Shown here piece by piece: positions 32,404 to 41,020 of a stretch of 41,575 nucleotides of DNA. Numbering within the stretch: position 1 is the first letter of the stretch; each line of letters starts with the position of its first letter. The stretch spans positions 1 through 41,575 of the forward strand of contig JALWJU010000424.1 of the NCBI GenBank assembly GCA_026997055.1. The letters are read 5' to 3'. The stretch comes from Paracoccaceae bacterium. Its GTDB lineage: Bacteria > Pseudomonadota > Alphaproteobacteria > Rhodobacterales > Rhodobacteraceae. The notes under the pieces were generated by a model, which was given only the letters and a program-made list of their open reading frames with translations, ran no database searches and was not told the DNA's origin. Position numbers and translations under genes: made by a program.

Positions 32404-33717
32404 TCAGGTGGTGGCGTTTGCGGCGACCGCCCTTGCGGCCGCGATCAGGGGGCTTTCGGTCGGGGCGGGTTCGGCCGTGGGCGGGGCGATGGAGGCAACG
32501 ATGGCGGCATCGGTGGTCTTCGCCAGCTGTTCCAGCACCGCCCGGCGCAGGGCATCGGGGGAGGTCCCCGCCCTGACGGCCTCCGCGGCATCGACGGTGA
32601 GGCCGAGACGGGAGGCCTGGGCCGCAATCTCGGCAATCTCGGCGGCCTGTTCACGGATCTGTGCAGCCGGGTCGGGTTTCGCGGGGGCCGGCACGGGCGC
32701 GGGCGTCAAGGCCTGAGCGGGGGCCATTTCTTCGGCCGGGGCTGTTGCCTCGGGCGTTGCCCCCATCTCGGGCGCAGGCGTCCCGGCCTCCGTCGTTTCC
32801 TCCGATGCCTGCGCCGCAGGTTTCGCATTGCTGTTGCCTTTCACTGCCATGGTGTCGGTCCTTTCCGTTTCAAGGAGTTTGCGTGTGGTGAGTGGTGGGG
32901 TGTCGATCGCGGCCAGCAGGGCGGCATGGGCGCTGTCCAGCGTGGCGATGCCGTCGGCCAGCCCCGCACTCAGCGCGTGCTGCCCGCGGTAGATGGCGGC
33001 CTCGGTGGCAATGATGGCCTCGGGCGGCAGGCCCCGGGCCCGGGCCACCCGGGCCACGAGCCGAGCGTAAAGGTCGTCCACGTCGGCCTGGATGTCGGCG
33101 AGGGCCTCGGGCGAGAGGGGAATGTGCGGGTTGCCGTCGACCTTCTTCGCGCCGGCATGGATCAACGTGTACTTGCGGCCCTCAGCCTGGTCCTGGGCGC
33201 TCTGGTCCACGTGCACGGCAATGACGCCGACCGAGCCGACCTCGCCGGTTTGCGTGACGAACAACCGGTCGGCGACAGCCCCAACCAGATACGCCGCTGA
33301 CAGTGCCTGCTCGCGGGCGATGGCCCAAAGCGGCTTGCCGGTCTCGACCTTCAGAGCCTCCAGGCGATCGACCAGGTCGAATAGCCCCGCGACCTCTCCG
33401 CCGGGGCTGTCGATCTCCATCAGCACCGCGCGGGTGCCGGGGTCGGTGAAGGTCGCCTCGGCCGCGTTGGCGATGTCGTCGTAGCTCATGATCCCGAACA
33501 TCCCCGTAAGCCAGTCACCGCGCTGCACCAGCGGGCCGAGGATGGGCAGATGCCCGATGCCGCCTTCGGTCATCTGCCAGCCGGGACCACTGGCTTGCGG
33601 GCTTGTGGCCTCTCCGAGAAAGGCCCGAGGTGCGGCCACCAGCGCCTCGACGGCGCGCGGGGCCAGCGCCAGCGGGCGCGCGGCCAACCGGCGGGCAAGC
33701 ATGTCGGTTCGGGTCAT
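32404..33717 (-). CDS. Head maturation protease (S49/ClpP-related, lambda gpC-like) with a C-terminal Ala/Pro-rich scaffold-like region
   Basis: Starts at ATG 33717 (MTRTDMLARRL...), overlapping the portal stop (ATGA). IDSPGGEVAGLFD and the downstream SAAYLVG are S49-type motifs. The ORF-track extension to 34092 lies inside the portal gene. Confidence 0.85.
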   Translation of the reverse strand: MTRTDMLARRLAARPLALAPRAVEALVAAPRAFLGEATSPQASGPGWQMTEGGIGHLPILGPLVQRGDWLTGMFGIMSYDDIANAAEATFTDPGTRAVLMEIDSPGGEVAGLFDLVDRLEALKVETGKPLWAIAREQALSAAYLVGAVADRLFVTQTGEVGSVGVIAVHVDQSAQDQAEGRKYTLIHAGAKKVDGNPHIPLSPEALADIQADVDDLYARLVARVARARGLPPEAIIATEAAIYRGQHALSAGLADGIATLDSAHAALLAAIDTPPLTTRKLLETERTDTMAVKGNSNAKPAAQASEETTEAGTPAPEMGATPEATAPAEEMAPAQALTPAPVPAPAKPDPAAQIREQAAEIAEIAAQASRLGLTVDAAEAVRAGTSPDALRRAVLEQLAKTTDAAIVASIAPPTAEPAPTESPLIAAARAVAANATT

Positions 33718-35204
33718 GGGTTTGTGGTTTCCGTGGTGTCGGCCGTCGTATCGCTCGGCCCATCGACCAGCTGCGCCGCCCCCTGCGCCGGCGAGCCCGG
33801 GCGGCGGAAGTCGAGGCCGTATTTCGCCTCGCGTGCCCGGTCGGCGGCGATCTCGGCATCCACCCGGTCGGCGTCGTAGCCGCGCTGGGCCATCGCCATG
33901 GAGCGGCTCTTGAGGCCGGCCTCGATCTCGGCCACCTCGGCAGAGATGTCCTTCAAGGGATCGACCCAGTCCCACTTGGGTGGCAGCCAGTCGGCCTTCA
34001 GCCAGGCACGGCGGTTGGCGGCGTAGTCCGGCAGGTCCAGCGCGCCTGCCATCACGGCCGTATCCATCCAGCGCGCCCAGACCGGCTTGCACAGCTGGTG
34101 GATCAGCACCCGGTGCTGCCAGGCGCTGAGGCGCCGGCGGAACTCGATGATCGACAGGCGCGAGTTGGCGAAGTTGGCCTTGGCGAGATCGTTGCTGACA
34201 TAGGAATAGGGCACGCCCAGCGCGGCCGAGACCTGCAGCAGCGTTCGGTACTGGAACGGCTCGTAGGTCGGCCCGGAATCCGGTGGCGAGGGCGTGTCGA
34301 TCTCCTCGCCCGGATCGAGCCGCACGACCTGGCCGGGCTCCACCGCCAAGGGCTCGTCAGGCGAGTCCAGCGGTGCATCGACCTGCGGCGAGGTCACGAA
34401 CAGGGCGAACATCGAGCTGACCTTCTTCCGCTCGAGCTCGGCGTCGTCATACTGATCCAGAAAGAACAGCTTGACGATGGCCGGAGCAAAGCGCGACACG
34501 CCCCGCACCTGGCCGGCCTCGACCGGGTCGATGACGTGGATCACCTCGGACGCGGGCACGCGGACCTTCTCGCCGGCCTGGCCGGTTTCCGTCACGTCTC
34601 CCGGATGGCGCCTCAGGAAGTGATAGGCCACGCGGCGGCCGATGGGGTCGAACTCCACGCCCTGCCGGATCATGCCGCCGCCGGGCAGGTCGCGGTTGTC
34701 GTCAAGCGGCAGCATTTCGGCGGGGATCATCTGCAGCTGCAGGGGCACCGACAGGCCGTCCTCGGGCCTGCGCGGACGAAAGCGGAAGAACACCTCGCCC
34801 GCCAGGAACAGCTCGCGCGCGGCCCGCCGCTGCAGCCCGTAGAAGTCGGTCAGTCCCTCGGCGTCCGCCTCCGCCACCCATTCCTGCCACAGCGCCTGGA
34901 TCGCGGCCTTGCCTGCCTCATCCTCGACCTTCGAGGTCGGCTTGACCCCGTCGCCCACCGCATTGCCGGTCCAGCTTTCGAGGGCATTGAGCGCATAGCC
35001 GTTGTTCCTCACCAGCCACCGGGCCCGCGCTGTGATCGTCGGTCCGGCCTGCGCGATCAGCGTGTTCACATGCGCGCGGCTGGCCTGGAAGCGCAGGAGG
35101 CGCCGGCCCTGCAGCCCGGCCTCGAAACCCCCGATGAAGGCCCCGATCCGGCGGCGCAGGCCTGTCATGACGCCCATGTCAGAGACCCTTCGAGGCGGTG
35201 ACAC
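33714..35204 (-). CDS. Portal protein, lambda gpB family
   Basis: About 490 aa, between gpW and the protease. The N-terminal RRLLRFQASRAHVNTLIAQAGPTITARARWLVRNNGYA is typical of lambda-family portals. The start may be ATG 35177 or 35168 rather than 35204. Confidence 0.85.
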   Translation of the reverse strand: MSPPRRVSDMGVMTGLRRRIGAFIGGFEAGLQGRRLLRFQASRAHVNTLIAQAGPTITARARWLVRNNGYALNALESWTGNAVGDGVKPTSKVEDEAGKAAIQALWQEWVAEADAEGLTDFYGLQRRAARELFLAGEVFFRFRPRRPEDGLSVPLQLQMIPAEMLPLDDNRDLPGGGMIRQGVEFDPIGRRVAYHFLRRHPGDVTETGQAGEKVRVPASEVIHVIDPVEAGQVRGVSRFAPAIVKLFFLDQYDDAELERKKVSSMFALFVTSPQVDAPLDSPDEPLAVEPGQVVRLDPGEEIDTPSPPDSGPTYEPFQYRTLLQVSAALGVPYSYVSNDLAKANFANSRLSIIEFRRRLSAWQHRVLIHQLCKPVWARWMDTAVMAGALDLPDYAANRRAWLKADWLPPKWDWVDPLKDISAEVAEIEAGLKSRSMAMAQRGYDADRVDAEIAADRAREAKYGLDFRRPGSPAQGAAQLVDGPSDTTADTTETTNP

Positions 35205-35394
35205 GGGTCACGCGGCGGTTGGCGACCTTTCCGCTTTCGGCCGCGATCCGGGCCTCCAGATCCGAGATCGCCTTGGCCATTTCGGCATCGGAACCATAGG
35301 TCACCGTCTTCCCCTCGTAGCTCACCGACCGGATGCCCCGGAACCGGGCGGCCAGGAGCGCGTCGAGCTGCGCCTGCATCTCTGCAAGGGTCAT
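35179..35394 (-). CDS. Head-tail joining protein gpW-like
   Basis: 71 aa (MTLAEMQAQLDALLAARFRGIRSVSYEGKTVTYGS...), sitting between the large terminase and the portal as in lambda. Confidence 0.7.
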   Translation of the reverse strand: MTLAEMQAQLDALLAARFRGIRSVSYEGKTVTYGSDAEMAKAISDLEARIAAESGKVANRRVTRVTASKGL

Positions 35395-35397
35395 CTG

Positions 35398-37410
35398 CTA
35401 CCTCATCATGTTCGGCGTATAGACCCGCCGCTTGCGCCGCGGGGTGCGGGGCTGGCCGGCGGTGGGCTCGGGTGGCGGTTCGGTCTCGAGGGCATCGCCA
35501 ACCACCTCCTCCTCCCGCGCAATCCCCACCTGCGCCTCCAGCGACTGCCAGGTGCTTTCCGCCCAGCGCTCGGCGCCGAACAGCCAGGCGGCGGCGCGGG
35601 CATAGACCCGGCAATCCAGCGCCTCGTTGCGCTCGCGCATCTTCTGCCATTCCATCTTCGCGAACCCGCGCCGGTCTCGCCGGGTCACCAGCTGCTCGGC
35701 GGTCAGCTGCTTCAACCACTCGCTGTCGATCCAGTCCGGCAGGTGGATGGAGCCGGGCGGAAAGCCCTGGCCGAAGTCGATTTCCTCATCGGTCGGTCGC
35801 GGCAGGCGCAGGAAGCGATAGGTCTCGGACTTGAACACCGCCGTTGCGACGGTCCAGAGTTTCGCTCCCCGCCGGATGCGTTTGCCGCCCTCGGTGGCAT
35901 CGACAAGGGTCGGGCCGGTCACCGGGCTTGCCCGGTTGAACCCCTCGACGCCCTTGACCGGCGCCACCTGCGCGCCTGTCTGTTGCCGCGCCCAGCTGTA
36001 GACGGCGGCGGATTCATACCCCGTGTCGATCGCCAGCTTGCCGATCTGCATCTGCGCACCGTTCGCGTGTTGCCAGGTTCGGGTGAGAAGCGCGCTCAAC
36101 TCCTGCCAGCACTCCGGATCGGCCGGCCCGCCGTCGATCACCACGTGATCCACCAGCCAGCTTTCGAGGCCCCGTCCCCAGGCCCAGACATCGACCTCGA
36201 TCCGGTCCTTCTGCACATCGGCCCCGGCGGTGAGGAACAGCCCCCTCTCCGGTACCTTGCCCGCCGCCCAGCGCTCGCGGCGCTCGTAAAGCCGCTGCCA
36301 GTCCGGCGCCTCGCCGCTTTCGGCCCAGGTCTCGCCGAGGATGGTGTTCTTCAGTGTCTTCAAGGCGGAATCGTTCCCCTTTGCCTCTTCCCACTTGCGG
36401 GCAATGGCGGCCCAGCTCAGCCAGCCCAGCGGCGAGTAGAGGCCGTTGATGTGGAAGCCGACGATGCCGGCGGCTTCGGCTTTCTTGCGCGTTTCCTCGT
36501 CGGCCGTGGGCTTCCAGCAGGCGCCATTCTCCCCGGCCATCATCTGCGTCTTGAACCGTTCCTCGATCGGTTCCTCGCAGTGTTCGCAGACATAGCGGGC
36601 GGTTTCCGGCCTGCCCTTCTCCCAGCGCAGGCGCTCGAACTTCAGCCATTGCAGGCCGCCGCAGTGCGGGCAGGGCACGAAGTACCGGCGCTGGTCGGAA
36701 AGTTCGAACTCCCGCTCGATCCGGCTCAGCCCCGTGACCGTCGGGGTGGAGGCCAGGAAGATCTTCGCGCGATGCCCGAAGCTGTTGGTCCGGGCTTCCG
36801 CCAGTTGCACCGGGTCGCCCTCGCCATCGACATCGCCCGGGTAGGCATCGACTTCGTCCATGAACACCCAGCGCGCCGGCATCGAGCGCAGCCCCACCGC
36901 CGAGTTGGCACCCGTCAGGATCAGCTGCCCGCCGGGGAAGCGCTTGGCCAGGACCGTGTTGCCGCTGTCGCGCGAGCGAGACGGGCTGACCAGGTCCCTG
37001 AGCGCCGGGCTGTCCTCGATCAGCGGATCGATGCGTTGTTGTGACAGGCGCTTCGCGAGATCCACCGTCGGCTGCACCGCCAGCATCGGCCCCGGTGCGC
37101 GGTGGATGCAGAAGCCGATCCAGTTGTTGCCGGCCTCGGTGGCGCCCACCTGGGCGGGTTTCATGAACACCACGCGCCGGGCCGGATCGCTCGGGCTCAG
37201 CGCATCCATGATGCCCCGCATGTAGGGCGTGCGGGACGTGCGATAGGGCCCCGCTTCCGATGCCGCGCGGGATGACAGGATCCGGTGACGGTCGGCCCAT
37301 TGCGACACCGTCGCCGCGGGGTCGGGCGCGAGCCCCTTCAGCCAGGCGGCCCTGATCTCCTTCGTCCCGTCCTCATCCGAGCTCAATCTCGATCTCCGCC
37401 AGCTCCGCAA
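35398..37410 (-). CDS. Terminase large subunit, lambda gpA family
   Basis: 670 aa. WADRHRILSSRAASEAGPYRTSRTPYMRGIMDALSP and FMKPAQVGATEAGNNW resemble the gpA N-terminal ATPase motifs. A CPHCGG...CEHC zinc motif is present. Confidence 0.9.
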   Translation of the reverse strand: MRSWRRSRLSSDEDGTKEIRAAWLKGLAPDPAATVSQWADRHRILSSRAASEAGPYRTSRTPYMRGIMDALSPSDPARRVVFMKPAQVGATEAGNNWIGFCIHRAPGPMLAVQPTVDLAKRLSQQRIDPLIEDSPALRDLVSPSRSRDSGNTVLAKRFPGGQLILTGANSAVGLRSMPARWVFMDEVDAYPGDVDGEGDPVQLAEARTNSFGHRAKIFLASTPTVTGLSRIEREFELSDQRRYFVPCPHCGGLQWLKFERLRWEKGRPETARYVCEHCEEPIEERFKTQMMAGENGACWKPTADEETRKKAEAAGIVGFHINGLYSPLGWLSWAAIARKWEEAKGNDSALKTLKNTILGETWAESGEAPDWQRLYERRERWAAGKVPERGLFLTAGADVQKDRIEVDVWAWGRGLESWLVDHVVIDGGPADPECWQELSALLTRTWQHANGAQMQIGKLAIDTGYESAAVYSWARQQTGAQVAPVKGVEGFNRASPVTGPTLVDATEGGKRIRRGAKLWTVATAVFKSETYRFLRLPRPTDEEIDFGQGFPPGSIHLPDWIDSEWLKQLTAEQLVTRRDRRGFAKMEWQKMRERNEALDCRVYARAAAWLFGAERWAESTWQSLEAQVGIAREEEVVGDALETEPPPEPTAGQPRTPRRKRRVYTPNMMR

Positions 37411-37897
37411 GGTGCCGGCGGAGGTGGTGCTCCAGCACCTGCTCCATCAGATGGGGGTCCACGCCCAGTTCCGCCGCCATGTCGGCGGCAACCCTGGGCG
37501 GCCAGTTCATCCAGGCGTCGCGCTCGCGCCGGGCAAGATCGAACACAAGCGCCGTGGCCTTGGCCCGATCGACCAGCTCGCCCTTCAGCTTCGCGAGCTT
37601 CACCTTCGCGGTCTGGGCGCCGATCATCTCGCGTGCCGCCCGCGCGCGCATGAAGGCGGCGGGGCCCACGGGGCCGGCCTCGGCGAGGGTGTCGTCGACG
37701 GCCTTTCGGGCTGCGCGGGGGACGGGACTGCTGCGCCGCTTTACCGGGTCGGTCTGCAGGTCCCACTCCCGGTCGGCCTTCACCGGGTCGATGGTGCCGT
37801 CGGGCTCCAGCGTGATCCGGCCCGCGGCGATGGCCTTGCGGACGGCGCTTTCGGCAACGCCGCGGTGGCGGGCATAGGCGCGGCGGGACAGGCCCAT
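37373..37897 (-). CDS. Terminase small subunit (HTH-containing), putative
   Basis: 174 aa. It has an N-terminal HTH-like segment LSRRAYARHRGVAESAVRKAIAAGRI and overlaps the large terminase start. Confidence 0.6.
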   Translation of the reverse strand: MGLSRRAYARHRGVAESAVRKAIAAGRITLEPDGTIDPVKADREWDLQTDPVKRRSSPVPRAARKAVDDTLAEAGPVGPAAFMRARAAREMIGAQTAKVKLAKLKGELVDRAKATALVFDLARRERDAWMNWPPRVAADMAAELGVDPHLMEQVLEHHLRRHLAELAEIEIELG

Positions 37898-37940
37898 GGG
37901 ACTCCTCCGATCAGATCGCTATCAGGCGGTGGCCTACAAC

Positions 37941-38034
37941 GCCATGATATTGCGGCGATTATACTGGATAACGGCGGCCGGTTACGCGAATCTGTCTGCA
38001 CGAAAACGACACAAGAAACGGAGACGCGCCCATG
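37941..38034 (+). repeat. Copy A of a duplicated promoter/5'-leader module
   Basis: The 30-bp core GCCATGATATTGCGGCGATTATACTGGATA is 28/30 identical to 39071-39100. It is followed by a conserved CACGAAAACGAC box and CGGAGAC-N5-ATG. Confidence 0.6.
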
Positions 38035-38412
38035 ACCGCCACCATCCTGCCCACCGAGAACGAAACCTGGGGCTTCTGGGGAACCATGTCGCACCTGGAA
38101 ACCCCCACGCCAGTGGATACGGGCACGGCATGGGACCTTGCCTTCGCGGCCATCGGCGAGGCGACCGGGCTCGGCGCCGCTGCTGTCAGGGCCTTCCTCG
38201 ATTCCCGGCACGGACGCCACTTCGCCGACGATGTCGCGAACGAGATGGCGGCCGGGCGGGCACTTGCAGAGGCAATCACGGCCGCGACCGCGCGATGGAT
38301 GAAATGGAGCATCAGTCGCCGCACCAGCCGGCGAACCGGCATTCCTGCCGGTCTTCCCTGTCTGACCGGCCTTGCGATGCACGCCGAGATCGAGTCCGAA
38401 GCCTGCAACTGA
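38032..38412 (+). CDS. Hypothetical phage protein (126 aa)
   Basis: ATG preceded by GGAG. It lies on the opposite strand to the late operon. No recognisable motif. Confidence 0.5.
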   Translation: MTATILPTENETWGFWGTMSHLETPTPVDTGTAWDLAFAAIGEATGLGAAAVRAFLDSRHGRHFADDVANEMAAGRALAEAITAATARWMKWSISRRTSRRTGIPAGLPCLTGLAMHAEIESEACN

Positions 38413-38431
38413 ACCCGGCGACCCTGACCTC

Positions 38432-38455
38432 GCCCCGCCACGTGCGGGGCTTCAG
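38432..38455 (+). terminator. Possible weak stem-loop terminator/attenuator
   Basis: GCCCCGC-cacgt-GCGGGGC, a 7-bp GC stem, followed only by TTCAGG (a poor U-tract). Confidence 0.25.
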
Positions 38456-38502
38456 GCGGTGGAAGGGCCCGCATTCCGCGCGCCCGAAACCCGGAGGTCG
38501 AA

Positions 38503-39021
38503 ATGCCTGAACTCACCGAAACCCAGATACTGATCCTCTCGCGCGCCTCCCAGCGCGACGACCGCATTGCCCTGCCTCTGCCGGGCCGCCTGCGTGGGGC
38601 AGCGGCGAAAAAGGTGGTTGCGCCACTGATCGAACGCCGCCTGCTGGCAGAGGTCGATGCCAACCCGCGCAAGCGCGGTGCGCTCTGGCGCCAGCGGCAG
38701 GACGGGAGCTTTGCCACGCTCGCCGTCACCGATGCCGGGCTCGAGGCAATCGGCGTCGAGATCGACCCGCCCCGGCCTGAGCCTGCTTCCGAACCGGCGC
38801 CGGAACGCCCGGCCCGGCGCAAGGGTACCAAGCAGGCGCTGCTGATCGAGATGCTGAGGGCCAGGGATGGAGCGACCCTCGACGAGATCGTCGCCGCGAC
38901 CGGCTGGAAGAAACACACCGCGCGTGGCGTCATCTCTGGCCAGCTCCGCAAGCGGCTGCGGCTGAACGTGGTGACCGAGGCCGATGCCGAAAGGGGCCGG
39001 GTCTATCGGATTGCGGGCTGA
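38503..39021 (+). CDS. DUF3489-like protein (172 aa)
   Basis: The C-terminal KQALLIEMLRARDGATLDEIVAATGWKKHTARGVISG matches my recollection of the DUF3489 signature. The N-terminal half repeats a similar winged-helix-like unit (TQILILSRASQRDD). Confidence 0.6.
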   Translation: MPELTETQILILSRASQRDDRIALPLPGRLRGAAAKKVVAPLIERRLLAEVDANPRKRGALWRQRQDGSFATLAVTDAGLEAIGVEIDPPRPEPASEPAPERPARRKGTKQALLIEMLRARDGATLDEIVAATGWKKHTARGVISGQLRKRLRLNVVTEADAERGRVYRIAG

Positions 39022-39070
39022 CTGCCCGGTGCAGGATCAGGTCGATTGTAATCGAAAGCCCTTTGATAAA

Positions 39071-39162
39071 GCCATGATATTGCTGCGATTATAGTGGATA
39101 GGCGCGCGCGGTCGATCAATCCTGTGGACACGAAACGACGCACCACGGAGACCGCCCCCATG
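39071..39162 (+). repeat. Copy B of the duplicated promoter/5'-leader module
   Basis: GCCATGATATTGCTGCGATTATAGTGGATA ... CACGAAACGAC ... CGGAGACC-N5-ATG, parallel to 37941-38034. Confidence 0.6.
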
Positions 39163-39357
39163 CACGCCCAGATCCACACCGTCACCGACCTGATGACCGC
39201 CGCCGCCGAGGCATTGCGTGAGGGCGATCAGGCCGCCCTCATGGACCTCATCGAGATCAGCGCGGGCTGGCTGCAGACCGAGAACGAGGCCACCGCCCAG
39301 CGCGCCATGCTGGAAGCGATGATCGAGGCCATCGATAGCATCCCCGACAGGGGGTGA
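39160..39357 (+). CDS. Hypothetical small acidic protein (65 aa)
   Basis: I prefer ATG 39160 (MHAQIHTVTDLMTAAAEALREGD...) over the ORF-track start at 39094, because it sits in the same position relative to the conserved leader and GGAG as the 38032 gene. Confidence 0.45.
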   Translation: MHAQIHTVTDLMTAAAEALREGDQAALMDLIEISAGWLQTENEATAQRAMLEAMIEAIDSIPDRG

Positions 39358-39409
39358 GGCAGGGGCCGCCACAGGCGCCCACACGAGGCCCGCATCCTTG
39401 CGCTGCACC

Positions 39410-39658
39410 TCATGGGGCGGCGTTGTTCGTTGTGGCGCCTGTCGCGCGCACACGTGCCGCCTCGAAGGCCCTCCGTAGAACAAACGAGCGAAACACCGAG
39501 ATGATCGAGAACAATGCGGCCAATTGCAGGTTCTGGCTCAGCGTGGCGCGCAGGCCAAAGGCCGGGAAGGCCAGAACCTGTGTCAAGACCGCCAGGCCAT
39601 AGCCAACCACGACGTTCGTGATCGCTTCTATCAGCGACATGGTCCGGCTTTGCTTCAT
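39410..39658 (-). CDS. Small membrane protein (2 predicted TM helices), hypothetical
   Basis: The hydrophobic segments are VVVGYGLAVLTQVLAFPAF and LAALFSIISVFRSFV. The start overlaps the methylase stop (ATGA). Confidence 0.5.
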   Translation of the reverse strand: MKQSRTMSLIEAITNVVVGYGLAVLTQVLAFPAFGLRATLSQNLQLAALFSIISVFRSFVLRRAFEAARVRATGATTNNAAP

Positions 39659-40917
39659 GTAGCTTTCCGTTCGACCGAGATCTCATCGAATGTTCGACCG
39701 GTCTCCTCCAGCACCGCCTGGCGGCCCGTGGCCTCCTGCCAGCGCCTGATCGCCACATCCACGAAGGCCGGCTGCAGCTCCATGGCGAAGACCTTCCGGC
39801 CCAGCGCCTCGCCGGCGACGATCTGCGAGCCCGAGCCCGAGAACGGCTCGAAGCAGATCTCGCCCTTCTTCGTGTGCCGGCGCATCGGGATGGCAAACAC
39901 CTCGAGCGGCTTCTGCGTGGGGTGCTCAGCCCCGGCGGGGCGGGCCGCGCCCTCCCAGTCCAGTTCCCACACGCTGGTGACATTGTGATCGTTCCCGCCC
40001 AGATGCGGCGGCTTGTTCCCCTGCTGCCAGCCCATCAGGCAGGGCTCGTGCCGCCAGGGGTAGTAGCTGTGGGTGGGGATGGCCGCGGGCTTCACCCAGA
40101 CGATCTGCTGGTGGTTGAGAATGCCAAGCTCGGTCCAGATCGCCTCGATCAGCGCGGCGCGCTTGTGGGCGTGCCAGCAATACCAGGCGGTGTCCTTGCG
40201 GGTGACCTTGATCGCGTTGCGGAAGACGGCGCGCAGGAAGCCCTCGGCATCCTTGATGTCGACCTCGCGATAGAGGTCGGACCAGTCATGCCCGGCACCG
40301 CCCGGTCGCCCGGCGCCGGTGTAATCCACGAGGTAGGGCGGGTCGGTGGAGAACAACGCGGCGGTCTGGCCGTTCATCAGCCGCTCGACGTCCTTGAGGT
40401 TGGTGCTGTCGCCGCAGAGCAGGCGGTGGTTGCCCAAGAGCCAGAGGTCGCCAACCCGGGTGACCGGGTCTTCGGGTGGCTCCGGAACCGGGGCGGGGGC
40501 AAGGTCGCCCGAGGGTTCTTCGTCATCCCCCAGCCCGCCGAGCAACTCATCCAGTTCCTCGTCCGAAAACCCCACCAGGTCAAGATCGAACTCCATCTCC
40601 TGCAAGGCCGCCAGTTCCGCACGCAGCAGGTCCTCATCCCAGCCAGCATTCTCGGCGATCTTGTTGTCGGCGATTACCAGGGCACGGCGCTGGGCATCAT
40701 CGAGGTGGGCCAGCGTGATGACCGGGACCTTGTCGAGCCCCAGCCTCTCGGCGGCCAGCAGGCGACCGTGGCCCGCGATGATCACCCCGTCGCTGCCCGC
40801 GAGGATCGGGTTGGTGAAACCGAACTCCTCGATCGAGGCCGCGATCTGGGCGATCTGGGCATCCGTGTGGGTGCGGGCGTTCCCGGCATAGGGGGTGAGG
40901 TCGCCCAGGGGCGTCAT
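39655..40917 (-). CDS. ParB-like nuclease domain fused to an N4/N6 DNA methyltransferase
   Basis: The N-terminus is LTPYAGNARTHTDAQIAQIAASIEEFGFTNPILAGSDGVIIAGHGRLLAAERLG (ParB/Srx-like, GHGR-type). The methylase carries FSTDPPY and a C-terminal EPFSGSGS AdoMet motif. The start is ATG 40917 or GTG 40929. The ORF-track extension to 41175 reads through the repeat array. Confidence 0.85.
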   Translation of the reverse strand: MTPLGDLTPYAGNARTHTDAQIAQIAASIEEFGFTNPILAGSDGVIIAGHGRLLAAERLGLDKVPVITLAHLDDAQRRALVIADNKIAENAGWDEDLLRAELAALQEMEFDLDLVGFSDEELDELLGGLGDDEEPSGDLAPAPVPEPPEDPVTRVGDLWLLGNHRLLCGDSTNLKDVERLMNGQTAALFSTDPPYLVDYTGAGRPGGAGHDWSDLYREVDIKDAEGFLRAVFRNAIKVTRKDTAWYCWHAHKRAALIEAIWTELGILNHQQIVWVKPAAIPTHSYYPWRHEPCLMGWQQGNKPPHLGGNDHNVTSVWELDWEGAARPAGAEHPTQKPLEVFAIPMRRHTKKGEICFEPFSGSGSQIVAGEALGRKVFAMELQPAFVDVAIRRWQEATGRQAVLEETGRTFDEISVERKAT

Positions 40918-40954
40918 CCTGATCTTCACGGTCTTTCCTTGCGTTTGCCCGGAG

Positions 40955-40988
40955 CCAAAAGAAACGGCCCCGCGCGATGGCGGGGCCG
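40955..40988 (-). terminator. Rho-independent terminator immediately upstream of the late operon
   Basis: On the minus strand: CGGCCCCGC-CATCGC-GCGGGGCCG, a perfect 9-bp GC stem with a 6-nt loop, followed by TTTCTTTTGG. It lies 38 nt upstream of the ParB-methylase start. Confidence 0.65.
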
Positions 40989-41020
40989 GAGTTGCCAACA
41001 GGGAGGCGGTATCTGCTGGG

